Below, one piece after another: positions 10,623 to 20,073 of a stretch of DNA of 64,000 bases. The stretch is from a virus. A program made the position numbers and the translations under genes. The stretch lies in IMG/VR virus record IMGVR_UViG_3300030450_002194, positions 7,006 through 71,005 of that record. The stretch is one strand, 5' to 3'. The notes under the pieces are model-generated. The model was not told where the DNA came from and made no database searches. It saw nothing but the letters and a program-made list of their open reading frames with translations. The number at the start of each line of letters is the position of its first letter. Within the stretch, counting starts at the first letter, position 1.

Positions 10623-10632
10623 TCTGGCAAAG

Positions 10633-10878
10633 TTAGCAAGTGAAATTATTATCCCTCCCTACTTGTATTTTACCATAAGCAGCCCACACCATTTTTTCTG
10701 TTACGGTATTAGTGTCTGCTTCCATAAGTGTCATTAGAATAAGGTTAGTTAATGTCTTAGTTATTATCTCATCTACTGCATCATCTACTCCCTTTCTAAT
10801 ATGAGCACCTGCTGGCAAATACTTTCTAAACTCTTCTCTAATCTTCCTCTTGCTCAATGTCATCCTCATCAACCTCAT
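10633..10878 (-). CDS. putative histone-fold protein
   Basis: ~75 aa, LSKRKIREEFR...DDAVDEII...TNTVTEKMV three-helix pattern. Confidence 0.5.
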   Translation of the reverse strand: MRLMRMTLSKRKIREEFRKYLPAGAHIRKGVDDAVDEIITKTLTNLILMTLMEADTNTVTEKMVWAAYGKIQVGRDNNFTC

Positions 10879-11077
10879 TATTTTTTACTGCCTTCTCAAT
10901 TGCTCTTAACAATTTCTTAGCCTCTTTCATATTTACTCTAGTTCCCTTACGGGTAACCTTTCCATTTTCATACCATCGAATATCTAGAATATCTATATTC
11001 CAATAATTACCTGTTCTCACAACTAATTCTTGGGTAGCATTTCTAGGTATTCTTGCTATTATCTTTTCATCATTCAT
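10838..11077 (-). CDS. PC4/YdbC-like ssDNA-binding protein
   Basis: LDIRWYENGKVTRKG signature. Confidence 0.75.
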   Translation of the reverse strand: MNDEKIIARIPRNATQELVVRTGNYWNIDILDIRWYENGKVTRKGTRVNMKEAKKLLRAIEKAVKNNEVDEDDIEQEED

Positions 11078-11490
11078 GTTGACATACCTTCTTTAAATTC
11101 TTTTAATCCTTGCATACTATAAAAGTATCTTGGTGCAGCAAATTCGTCTAACCTATTGGCTATCCATATTGCACCGCCTAAACTGCTGATTTGAACAACT
11201 TCAAATTGTCCTACTTCTGTTTCAAGTAATTCAACAGTTTCCACTTCTGGAACTAGACCCGTTACCCTAGTAAGTTCAGAAGCGACAACGCTAAGATTCT
11301 CAGAAACATATTTTATTATATGCCCTCTTTGAATAGGTATCTTAGCGTCCACTGTAATTCTAATCTTACCATCAAAACCACAGGCCTTACAGCCCCTCCC
11401 CTTTATTGCCTCTGACTCTGCACATATTGGGCAGGGTATCTCAGCAGGTAAAGGGGCTGGGAACCGTATAGTCACTGCTTGTGGTTTCAT
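11074..11490 (-). CDS. Zn-finger protein
   Basis: CPIC...GCKACGFDG (DnaJ-like CxxCxGxG). Confidence 0.55.
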   Translation of the reverse strand: MKPQAVTIRFPAPLPAEIPCPICAESEAIKGRGCKACGFDGKIRITVDAKIPIQRGHIIKYVSENLSVVASELTRVTGLVPEVETVELLETEVGQFEVVQISSLGGAIWIANRLDEFAAPRYFYSMQGLKEFKEGMST

Positions 11491-11936
11491 TCGTTACCAG
11501 TCCATTCTCTATATACACAATAGTATTCTATTGTTATATCATATGGGAAATCAGGAGTGTAGATAGTTGCATTCCCTAAATCGGGTGCATATCCACTACC
11601 AAACAAAAACCCACTTTGGTTTAAGTATCCTTCTAATTCAAAAGTAAAGTTAGAGAATACAATTTGATTCTCCACTACTTCAAAACTTAGATGGGTTGCA
11701 TTTAATATTACAACCTGTAATTCTAACCATGTGCTGCTATTACCTACTGTAAGTATTGGTGCAGTTGAATTGTTCTCACCAAACATTACAGTATAATTGC
11801 CACTCATTGTTTCCCAACCACTTACAGTTATTACTGTTCCTTCTTCGTCAGTAGGTGCATCTGGTATAGCATCAGCACACCCCGCTAACATTACTGTCAC
11901 CATTAATAGTGCCATTATCTTCTTCATTTCATTCAC
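11487..11936 (-). CDS. putative lipoprotein
   Basis: MKKIMALLMVTVMLAGC signal with LAGC lipobox; N-x-S/T sequons. Confidence 0.7.
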   Translation of the reverse strand: MNEMKKIMALLMVTVMLAGCADAIPDAPTDEEGTVITVSGWETMSGNYTVMFGENNSTAPILTVGNSSTWLELQVVILNATHLSFEVVENQIVFSNFTFELEGYLNQSGFLFGSGYAPDLGNATIYTPDFPYDITIEYYCVYREWTGNE

Positions 11937-12054
11937 CTTTCGCTTAACTCTAGCATTTGGTCTACGATTGCTAGATTTGCTCTTATAGCATTCATTGCTG
12001 CAACTATTACAGCCTTGTCTTTTTTACTCATTTTATCACTTTTCTCGTTACTAA

Positions 12055-12564
12055 TCATTCTTCTTCACCTTTACAGTTACTACAACATGTTTCTTCGTTG
12101 GTTGTGTTTCCCCATGTAAATTGGCTGAATACCTCATAGTGGTCTTTACCGTCTTCACCTACTCTAAAGTATACTGAATACTTTTCGCCGTTCCCCAACA
12201 CGGTGGCGGAGTTTAAGAACCTTTCATACATCGAAATTGTACGTAGGTCTGTGCCGCTAAAATAAGCCTTTCCAAATGGATGTGTGTGAATCCATTCTTT
12301 AAGCGGAAAGCGCATACCTTCTGTTTCGTCCTGTCCACCAAAGGTTACAAACCCCGGTGAACCCACACTTATGAACAAGCGGTCATTCCCATCAATGACT
12401 ACTTGAACTTCTCTTGGCTTATCAAAAGCCGACATTGACATGTCCCATATCCTTTGGTGAAAGATATGTTCATTCATGTTAAAACCATCTTGGATAACAT
12501 CTTTCCAAAAAGGTTCTACAACATCAAAGTCTTCCCCACGTACATCTTGAAGATAATTACTCAC
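12055..12564 (-). CDS. JAB/MPN+ metallopeptidase
   Basis: upstream Glu in REVQ and JAMM motif HTHPFGKAYFSGTD. Confidence 0.85.
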   Translation of the reverse strand: MSNYLQDVRGEDFDVVEPFWKDVIQDGFNMNEHIFHQRIWDMSMSAFDKPREVQVVIDGNDRLFISVGSPGFVTFGGQDETEGMRFPLKEWIHTHPFGKAYFSGTDLRTISMYERFLNSATVLGNGEKYSVYFRVGEDGKDHYEVFSQFTWGNTTNEETCCSNCKGEEE

Positions 12565-13247
12565 TTCAATGCCTCCAATTGTCTTTCAAGTTTCTCAGCC
12601 TTTCTTTTAATTCTAAGAACCTTTCTGGTACTTCGCCACTCACTAAACCTAAACCATAGGCTTCTGTTCTTACAACCAGCACAACACTCACATTCCTGTG
12701 TTATCTTTACTTCTTCGGTTTTAATAGAAGTAGTCATCTTCTTCCCTGCAATTAGAGTATTGAGATATTCTGGCTTTGTCTTGCTTATCCTATTCAATCT
12801 AGTTTGGCAGCCCTTTACGCTTCTCTTTAGATGGGTTGCTACTGATTCTCTTTCTCTTGTGTCAGAAGACCAGTTTCTAACTAGATACATGTCGTCTTTT
12901 GGACTCCACTTCATTCTACTATTTCCTGTTAATATTACTTTTCTTGTCACTTTCTTCACCTCTGTTGGTTTGGGTTGAATAACCTCTTCAACCAGTTTCT
13001 TTGCCTTCTTATCATCAGTCCACTTAATCTTAGACTGTTGGGTTAATTGGGTCTTTTTTGTCTTGATTGCATTGAATGAGCGTTCAACATAATCACTCCC
13101 TTTGATACGCTTGAAGTGGTCATTAAATACCATCCAAACAACCGCAACAGTAAAGGGTCTTCCATCTGTTTGCGTCTTATTATTGATTACTTCCCATAAG
13201 TATTCTTCTTCTTCTTTTGTCCATTTCTTTCCCATAATATCACACAT
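12561..13247 (-). CDS. Myb/SANT-like repeat DNA-binding protein
   Basis: KKWTKEEEEYL...RSFNAIK and MKWSPKDDMYL...RSVKGCQTR. Confidence 0.65.
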   Translation of the reverse strand: MCDIMGKKWTKEEEEYLWEVINNKTQTDGRPFTVAVVWMVFNDHFKRIKGSDYVERSFNAIKTKKTQLTQQSKIKWTDDKKAKKLVEEVIQPKPTEVKKVTRKVILTGNSRMKWSPKDDMYLVRNWSSDTRERESVATHLKRSVKGCQTRLNRISKTKPEYLNTLIAGKKMTTSIKTEEVKITQECECCAGCKNRSLWFRFSEWRSTRKVLRIKRKAEKLERQLEALK

Positions 13248-13845
13248 TTATTATTATTTTATCTGCTACGTTTTCCCCATTAAACCAGCGTTGAATCCAT
13301 TGCGCCCCATATCCTGCTATTGCTACATGAGTAAAATGTAATGTTGTCTTATCACCAGTCTCACCAAAGTCTGCACCTTGACAGGAGAAGGAACCTTCTG
13401 GCCCTGTTAAAAATGTTTCACTAAACTTCGGGTCTGTTAAATAACTAATCAGTGCTCCGTTGCGTCCTTGTGCTCTTAAGTCTAGCCATGCATTACCACA
13501 GTCTTCTTGAAAGCCTTCTGCATATAGTAACTTTCTAACATCCAAATTATCAGCACAACAAATCACTAGGTCATAACCATCTATTTGCTTTCTAGTTAGA
13601 ATAGGGAAATGAATCCCTAGCCTAATGCCAGAATCATTATAATGATTCATACACTTAGTCTTCATCTTCATAGCAGATACTTTGTTTAGGTCTAAATCAC
13701 CCACATTAAAGTTTTGATAACTTAGATTCTTTTCTTCTACAGTATCAGGGTCTGCAATAGTTATATCATACAACCCTGTCTTATGTAGGACGGGGGCCAA
13801 ATAGCCCCCTATCCCACCTACGCCTATTATTAATATTTTTCTCAT
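13240..13845 (-). CDS. ThiF/MoeB/E1-like adenylyltransferase
   Basis: GVGGIGG, DPDTVEEKNLSYQ, NKV, ICCADN. Confidence 0.9.
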   Translation of the reverse strand: MRKILIIGVGGIGGYLAPVLHKTGLYDITIADPDTVEEKNLSYQNFNVGDLDLNKVSAMKMKTKCMNHYNDSGIRLGIHFPILTRKQIDGYDLVICCADNLDVRKLLYAEGFQEDCGNAWLDLRAQGRNGALISYLTDPKFSETFLTGPEGSFSCQGADFGETGDKTTLHFTHVAIAGYGAQWIQRWFNGENVADKIIINV

Positions 13846-13851
13846 TTTAAT

Positions 13852-14784
13852 TCACCTTATTCCTGCACAAAACGATTCTACATCCAACAGTAAGAGTTTA
13901 TCTTTATCCACTCCTAACATTGGAAATAGTTTCTTTGAAGTTATTCTTTGCGCTACTGCTGTGCATTGGCAAGCATCGCAAATTGATTGTTGAGTATGTT
14001 CAACCTTACCTATTTTTCTCAATAGAGTTGTCATCCATAAGGCAGAAGCCATATGACTCTTAGAGAAATGTATGTCATGTTTTGTTACAACTTCATTAAC
14101 ATAACTTACAACTGTTCTAGCATCTTGGATAAATACTCTTTCGGATTTTAAGTCCGAACCGATGCGTTCCACCCAAGCATCTAATGGCATGTTCTGTAGA
14201 ATATTTGATTTACCTAAGTATCTAGCAAAGTGCCTAGCACATTTAGATACCTTATGAGAATCTTCATTATTCTTAGCAGCCAATTCCGATATTGTTATTG
14301 GTATGCCACTCTCTCTTAAACACAATACAACTAAGGCACATGCTCTTAGTGGTATGGGTATTCCTCTAAACTTGTGGTCAAGATATAACTTTCTATAATA
14401 GTCATGTACTCTATCTCTAAGGGGATTGTTAGGAAGGAATGGTGATAATACCATATTACATTCTAACAAGCCCTTTTGCATAGAAACGTTCTTCTTATCT
14501 CTATACCTAGTTTGTGTTCTCTTTAATTGAGAAGAAAGTCTTTTATTAGAAACATTATCATCCCCTATCCAAGAACCCATAGTATTAGCAGTATCTGCTT
14601 CTGTTAGGTAAGAGTTTCTAGCCCCATCATAATCCTCAGTTAAAACTCGTTGTTGCTTATCTTCAAAAATATGTGTTACTTGAACATAACCACAACCCTT
14701 ACAGATGGTTTCACCCATCCTATCATCTACATAAAATTCTATTCCACTACATTCATCACATTTCATATTATCAACTTCTGCCAA
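13852..14784 (-). CDS. tfb: transcription initiation factor TFIIB (TFB) homolog
   Basis: Zn ribbon CDEC...GETICKGCG, two cyclin-like repeats, TQQSICDAC. Confidence 0.85.
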   Translation of the reverse strand: MAEVDNMKCDECSGIEFYVDDRMGETICKGCGYVQVTHIFEDKQQRVLTEDYDGARNSYLTEADTANTMGSWIGDDNVSNKRLSSQLKRTQTRYRDKKNVSMQKGLLECNMVLSPFLPNNPLRDRVHDYYRKLYLDHKFRGIPIPLRACALVVLCLRESGIPITISELAAKNNEDSHKVSKCARHFARYLGKSNILQNMPLDAWVERIGSDLKSERVFIQDARTVVSYVNEVVTKHDIHFSKSHMASALWMTTLLRKIGKVEHTQQSICDACQCTAVAQRITSKKLFPMLGVDKDKLLLLDVESFCAGIR

Positions 14785-16127
14785 TTAAAACCTATATTAT
14801 TATTTATCTCTTCCCATTCAACACCAAATCTAGATTCTTTCTCTCCTTCCAAAACAGAACGAGGTATATACTTTGCTATAGTAGAAACTAACTTTACTGT
14901 TACGTTATCATTCAACAAGGCTAATGCTCTTGCTGCATATTGGTCACCTAAACTTGAATTGGTGTGAATATTATCAATACAAATCGGTCCTCTAAAGTGG
15001 CCCTTAAATACTGTATAATCATCACCATCAATTTCCGGGGTTCTAAAGTTTCGGTTCTTAGTATTAGGCCCATCATCAACAAACACAAAGGTTTTCACCT
15101 TTTGAGTCTGTGTCTTATATGCCGAATTAATGATAACCCAATCAGCCAATCTTCCTCTAACAAACATAACCTTATATCCATCTTCTACATCTATAATCTT
15201 AATCCTATTTGGATACTTAACTTCTAGGCTTGCCATTAATTCCTTCGCTCTATTCTCAACCATATCAGAAGTTCTATTTTGTACAAGAAATTCTTCCATT
15301 AGTTGGAGTTGAGATGACGTTGGTTCTTCTCCCATTAGTCTAGTCCAAAGTTTCTTCGGTGTCATGTTTGCCCATGTCTTTGCTCTAGCATGTTCATGAT
15401 AGAAATAGTTAACCATAATATCTAAGTCATTAATTTCAATTGGGGCCCAAATTCCATCTGATATTTCTAACACTGCTTCAGTATTACTAATTAGTCTAGT
15501 ATTTAATCTACAGTTTACCTTCTCCCTTTCCTTAATATTGAAGTAAAAGAATGGTGTTCTGTTCTCCAATACATAAGTTACATTCTCAGGCATTGTTATC
15601 ATTCTAATTATATACTCCAACAACGCGGTTGGTTCTGTTTCAAAGCATGAGCGATAGATAAATCTTGATAGAGCAAAGAGCAGGTTTTTCTTTCTTACTC
15701 TTTGATTCATCAATTGATAGTAAGTCTGTCCCTTTTCAACCATTACAGCCATATTAGTTTCTGGCAATACAAAGGCCATCTTAAAGGTCTGTGGTGCAGT
15801 ATAACGATTACTTCGCCTAGACCCCCAGCCTAAAACTTCTTGAAGAGTATTCTTTAACTCTATAATAAGAGGCTCTCCTTTATGATATGCTCTAGACTGA
15901 ATGTGTGAATTAATCACATACTTACCATCTTCAAAGTCTACTGTCCTCATATGATTATGATATATATCACGCCCATAAGATGTTGTCCTCTGAGTATGGC
16001 GTTCCAATTGCCTTATTGAATATGTAGAATACAAGTCTACATGTGTAGAATTATAACTACTATTATCATCATCAGCAGTGTATATTCTAAATTCACATTC
16101 ATATTTATTTCCGTAATGGTCAAACAT
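14763..16127 (-). CDS. hypothetical protein; C-terminal domain possibly E2-like
   Basis: 454 aa; GHFRGPICID motif near C-terminus; lies near E1 and JAB genes. Confidence 0.45.
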   Translation of the reverse strand: MFDHYGNKYECEFRIYTADDDNSSYNSTHVDLYSTYSIRQLERHTQRTTSYGRDIYHNHMRTVDFEDGKYVINSHIQSRAYHKGEPLIIELKNTLQEVLGWGSRRSNRYTAPQTFKMAFVLPETNMAVMVEKGQTYYQLMNQRVRKKNLLFALSRFIYRSCFETEPTALLEYIIRMITMPENVTYVLENRTPFFYFNIKEREKVNCRLNTRLISNTEAVLEISDGIWAPIEINDLDIMVNYFYHEHARAKTWANMTPKKLWTRLMGEEPTSSQLQLMEEFLVQNRTSDMVENRAKELMASLEVKYPNRIKIIDVEDGYKVMFVRGRLADWVIINSAYKTQTQKVKTFVFVDDGPNTKNRNFRTPEIDGDDYTVFKGHFRGPICIDNIHTNSSLGDQYAARALALLNDNVTVKLVSTIAKYIPRSVLEGEKESRFGVEWEEINNNIGFNWQKLII

Positions 16128-16129
16128 AT

Positions 16130-16531
16130 TTATTTCTCCTTTGGTTTATATTCGTTCTTGAGCCTAAAGTCTGGGGGTTTCTGAACAAAGTGGCCCATAT
16201 GATAAAAGGTTCTCCAACCCTTTTTCTTTCTTTGTTCCCATATCTTCTTATCTTTATTATACCAATCTGTTTCCTTAAGGTTTTGTAGATATGGTAGTTT
16301 GCATCCTTTCATAAAAGCATACACTACAATAACATCCTTTGGTAGTTTCTTAAACTGAGTCCAAGAATAAGTCTTGTTCTCAATAACTGGTCTTTCTAGA
16401 CCATTACCCCTATCTCTACCGAAACCATCACTTCTCTTCCTATGCATCTTATTATCTCTAAGATACTTTTGAAGTCCGTTTATAATATCGGCCTTAGTAA
16501 AATCCTTATAAAAATCTGTTACATCATTCAT
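16130..16531 (-). CDS. hypothetical protein
   Basis: 133 aa basic ORF in operon. Confidence 0.6.
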   Translation of the reverse strand: MNDVTDFYKDFTKADIINGLQKYLRDNKMHRKRSDGFGRDRGNGLERPVIENKTYSWTQFKKLPKDVIVVYAFMKGCKLPYLQNLKETDWYNKDKKIWEQRKKKGWRTFYHMGHFVQKPPDFRLKNEYKPKEK

Positions 16532-16967
16532 TTATATCTACCTCCACATACTCAACGTCCTTAACAAAGTAACCAGTGTGTAGTCTAACATTAAACTTAC
16601 CCAATGGTACTATGCTGATAAATTCTAACTCAAGCCTCTTTCTTCTCTCGTTGAATTTATACTTCCAGATTATATGCTTATCTCTCCAACGTGTGCATTG
16701 GAACTTCTTCCTTCTTGCAACCTTTTCAATGTTTGCTGCAATCTTTAACACGTCTTCCACGTCTGCATCTGGCACTCTTTCTTCAAGCCTCTCAATAAAA
16801 TGTGGGGTAAAAATTGCCCAAAAGAAATGAAACCCGTCTTCCTTAATCACCTTATGGTGTTCGGCAGAAAAGGGGTTAAAATACTTGCCACATGCTTGGC
16901 ATTGCATCTTACCATTTCTTAATACTTCAAAGTTATTACTTCCACATCTACAGTCACTAAATCTCAT
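16524..16967 (-). CDS. Zn-ribbon plus possible RelE/DUF4258-like domain
   Basis: CRCG...CQAC, then FTPHFIERLEER. Confidence 0.45.
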   Translation of the reverse strand: MRFSDCRCGSNNFEVLRNGKMQCQACGKYFNPFSAEHHKVIKEDGFHFFWAIFTPHFIERLEERVPDADVEDVLKIAANIEKVARRKKFQCTRWRDKHIIWKYKFNERRKRLELEFISIVPLGKFNVRLHTGYFVKDVEYVEVDINE

Positions 16968-17346
16968 TTTTATTCGCCTCTATATAATTTGCTAATTGTT
17001 TTATTTCTAATAATTTATTACTAAATCCTTTATCATCTTTCACTATCACAGCGCATATGAAAATGCGCCTAAGATAGCGTAGGTAATCTCTTACCATAAA
17101 CTTGCCATTGATGGCATCCTGTGTTGCCCTTCTAAAAGATGCCTTTAAACTATCCGCATCAGCATACGGATATAGGCTATTTTTAGATGTTAAAGTTGGC
17201 AACACATGCTCAACGGCATCTATCTCTTCAGACAGTAAGTCCTTAATTAATGCAATATGCTCTGGTGTGCGTATAATCTGATAACTATATTTCACACGCC
17301 CCACCGCCACACGCCGGTTCATCACCGAAATTGGTATCATCATCAT
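16957..17346 (-). CDS. hypothetical protein (true start probably downstream of RNR stop)
   Basis: ORF in operon, overlaps RNR end. Confidence 0.45.
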   Translation of the reverse strand: MMMIPISVMNRRVAVGRVKYSYQIIRTPEHIALIKDLLSEEIDAVEHVLPTLTSKNSLYPYADADSLKASFRRATQDAINGKFMVRDYLRYLRRIFICAVIVKDDKGFSNKLLEIKQLANYIEANKNEI

Positions 17347-19180
17347 ATTCTATTATTTGCGTAAGGTCTATTGCCTTTAGAGATTTCATCATTTGTTCAT
17401 ACTTAGCCTTAGTGCAAGCCTCAAATGGGGCTTGTACATATACGCTCTCATCATTTGGGAAACAGGATAATCCATTATAGAAATGCCTGTTAAGCCACAT
17501 CCATTCTCCTACTTCATCCCATTCATCGGGGTTAACATAAACTGTTGCAGATACATTGTGAGTATTCTGCCCACTAGAATGTCCTGGGTTTACCCATCTA
17601 ATGCTTGTGTTCTTTACTCTTTCTAAGAACATAAAGGTATCTTCTTGCTTCTTCCACAATGCGCCAGCAGGTGCTTTTTGTGGTATCTCAATAATCCTAC
17701 CATCCGGGTTAAACTCATCATCTACTATTAACTCAGGATGATTTTCACTTAGATGCTTACAAATGGCTTCTTGTCTGCCTACCCTTATTCTTCTAATGTA
17801 ATAGTCATTATGCCACGCATGAATACCAGATGAAGAACCGCATACCATTGATGCAGTTCCACTAGGCTTAACACACGTTAACCTTGCGGCTGGATTAATA
17901 CCCATTACTTTAGCCCATTCCTTGTTTACTTCTTTAGCCATGTAAACAGTTCCTGTTATATCTAAATTTGTCACTTTGTTAGAAGCGAGTCCTGTCATTG
18001 ATACACCAAGTAAAGAATCCTTCTCTGTTGTTGTCTTCCATATATCTCTTAAGTAATGGAAGTCTGTATAAGATGCTTGTAGAGTACCTAGTATAGTGGC
18101 TGCTCTAACTCGCTCATTCAAATCTTCTTGGTCTACAACAGTAGAAGAATTTATTTCAGTCAAATTACAGAATTGATATGGTCTAAGAGCAATCTCGCAG
18201 CAGGGATTTGTTCCCCAATCTTTATCATTAGTTAGATAAATGCCAGGTTCTCCAGAACCTCCTGCTTGAACCCTATCCCATATCTCATCAAAGTAATCCT
18301 TCTTTATTCTATGTCTAAGCAATACAACAGAATTGTTTGCTCTAAATCGCTGAGAGTCAGTTTGTTGCCATCCTTTCCCTGCCTTACAATTCATCATGTG
18401 CATATCATTAGCACTAAATAAAGCAATTAAAGCAGCCCTTCTATTTCCGCCTGCTGTTACTGCGTCTGCTAAATGACACAAAATATCATGGCATTCCAAC
18501 GTTGTTAGTTGGCTACCATCTTCTTTAGTTTGAAGAATGTTTTCAACCATTACCATACATTTCCTCAATGGTTCTGGGCCTGGGGCCTTTCCTCCCCTAG
18601 TCTTCAATCTTGTTCCCTTTGGTCTAATATCATCATAAATAAACCTAGGTCTTTGAGTTAATTCACCAGTATAGGAACGAAAGAGTTCCTTTACTGCGTC
18701 TGCCCAACCCATGATAGAATCTTGAATTACTATCTTTCTTGTTCTATCCCTGTTTGGTTGCTTAATCTCTGGCAGTTGTCTTACATGGTGTTGTTGAACC
18801 GAATAACCTAATCCAGTTCCATTCATCAGTAGAAACATTGCTTCATGAAAGCATTCTACTGAATCAACAGGCATGTAAGCACAATTGTAGATACTATTAG
18901 GTGATACTTCTATTGCCTTCCCTGCATATTGCATTGAACGCATTGACGGAAGTATCTTAAATTTCCTCACTTGATTATTATAAATATCTACTACTTCCTT
19001 ATAATAATGTGAGTCTTCATCATGCCCTAATTCTTTTAACTTTGCTAAATGCATTTGTAGATTTCTATCTACAATCATATCCCATGATTCCTTCTTAAAC
19101 TCTAAAGGAAGCCACTTGGCATACTTCATGTATATAGTTATGTCACTCATTATTTTACTTGCTAATTCCATCTTTAACAC
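17285..19180 (-). CDS. nrdJ: class II (adenosylcobalamin) ribonucleotide reductase
   Basis: YNCAY, RRAALI, GEPG, TNPCCEI, CNLTE, VKPSGT, C-terminal CGGGACEI. Confidence 0.95.
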   Translation of the reverse strand: MLKMELASKIMSDITIYMKYAKWLPLEFKKESWDMIVDRNLQMHLAKLKELGHDEDSHYYKEVVDIYNNQVRKFKILPSMRSMQYAGKAIEVSPNSIYNCAYMPVDSVECFHEAMFLLMNGTGLGYSVQQHHVRQLPEIKQPNRDRTRKIVIQDSIMGWADAVKELFRSYTGELTQRPRFIYDDIRPKGTRLKTRGGKAPGPEPLRKCMVMVENILQTKEDGSQLTTLECHDILCHLADAVTAGGNRRAALIALFSANDMHMMNCKAGKGWQQTDSQRFRANNSVVLLRHRIKKDYFDEIWDRVQAGGSGEPGIYLTNDKDWGTNPCCEIALRPYQFCNLTEINSSTVVDQEDLNERVRAATILGTLQASYTDFHYLRDIWKTTTEKDSLLGVSMTGLASNKVTNLDITGTVYMAKEVNKEWAKVMGINPAARLTCVKPSGTASMVCGSSSGIHAWHNDYYIRRIRVGRQEAICKHLSENHPELIVDDEFNPDGRIIEIPQKAPAGALWKKQEDTFMFLERVKNTSIRWVNPGHSSGQNTHNVSATVYVNPDEWDEVGEWMWLNRHFYNGLSCFPNDESVYVQAPFEACTKAKYEQMMKSLKAIDLTQIIEYDDDTNFGDEPACGGGACEI

Positions 19181-19557
19181 CTTACGTTTTTTCTATATGG
19201 CATTTCTGCTAGATTGGTAAATGCCGATACCCATTCGCCGGACCTTTTAATAGCCCATTGTTTCTCTATTTTTACTTCCCATTCAGGAAAGGTTTCTATT
19301 GCGCTTTCCCCATAAACTTTCTTCATATCTTCAAAGTTTGTGAAGGTTAAGCCATCATATACTATTTGCATTTCTCCATCGCAAACAATTATTGCTTTGG
19401 AACTATATGCAAAGATATGACCTAATGGATAAAAGTCTGCTCTAACCACAGCCAATCCATCGTGAGTCATATAATCATCTTTTATCTCCCAACCAAATAT
19501 TTTCATTATATTTGGGAAGACACTCTCTTCTATAAAATTAATATTATCCTTTAACAT
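19174..19557 (-). CDS. hypothetical protein
   Basis: 127 aa ORF coupled to RNR. Confidence 0.6.
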   Translation of the reverse strand: MLKDNINFIEESVFPNIMKIFGWEIKDDYMTHDGLAVVRADFYPLGHIFAYSSKAIIVCDGEMQIVYDGLTFTNFEDMKKVYGESAIETFPEWEVKIEKQWAIKRSGEWVSAFTNLAEMPYRKNVRC

Positions 19558-19574
19558 AGTTATGCCCCCTTGTG

Positions 19575-19617
19575 TGAGGGCGAGCCGCAGAAGGCTATTC
19601 TTACGACTCGACCCTCA
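19575..19617 (-). terminator. long stem-loop downstream of Ubl gene
   Basis: minus strand TGAGGG-TCGAGTCGTAAGAA...TTCTGCGGCTCG-CCCTCA, with G-U pairs on that strand. Confidence 0.55.
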
Positions 19618-19626
19618 ATACCAGTA

Positions 19627-19830
19627 TTACTGGATACCGCCAACAATGGCGGGTATTAAGTCTACGGATTCTACTGAATCCCAACTAACTTCGGAAATCA
19701 TTTCCCTTGAAGTTAAATCACCATCAATAACAACCCAATGTGAAGGGTGGTCATTTATTTGGTCTATTACCTGAGATTGGGTTGAAACCATCTCAGTGTG
19801 TCCTGTTTCGTTAATTATTGTCAACAACAT
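19627..19830 (-). CDS. ubiquitin-like (beta-grasp) protein precursor
   Basis: 67 aa, ThiS/SAMP-like pattern, ends VDLIPAIVGG-IQ. Confidence 0.75.
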   Translation of the reverse strand: MLLTIINETGHTEMVSTQSQVIDQINDHPSHWVVIDGDLTSREMISEVSWDSVESVDLIPAIVGGIQ

Positions 19831-19869
19831 ACATATTCCTCGGTAAATTTTCTATACGCTCACGCCTTA

Positions 19870-20073
19870 TTAATCTTGCGTTTGCCTACCTTCCAATAAC
19901 CTTGCGGTCAGAAGGTTAATGGTTTCCTCGTATTTATTTACTAACACAGCCATATTCCTATTAGCCGTTACTAGGGATTGATACCCTACACTTAACTGGT
20001 TAAGTTGCTCAGTCGCCTTTACTAACTCTTCTTCCAGTTCCTTTTTTGTCTTGGTTTTATCACTCATGTCCAA
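19870..20073 (-). CDS. coiled-coil protein
   Basis: heptad pattern. Confidence 0.6.
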   Translation of the reverse strand: MDMSDKTKTKKELEEELVKATEQLNQLSVGYQSLVTANRNMAVLVNKYEETINLLTARLLEGRQTQD

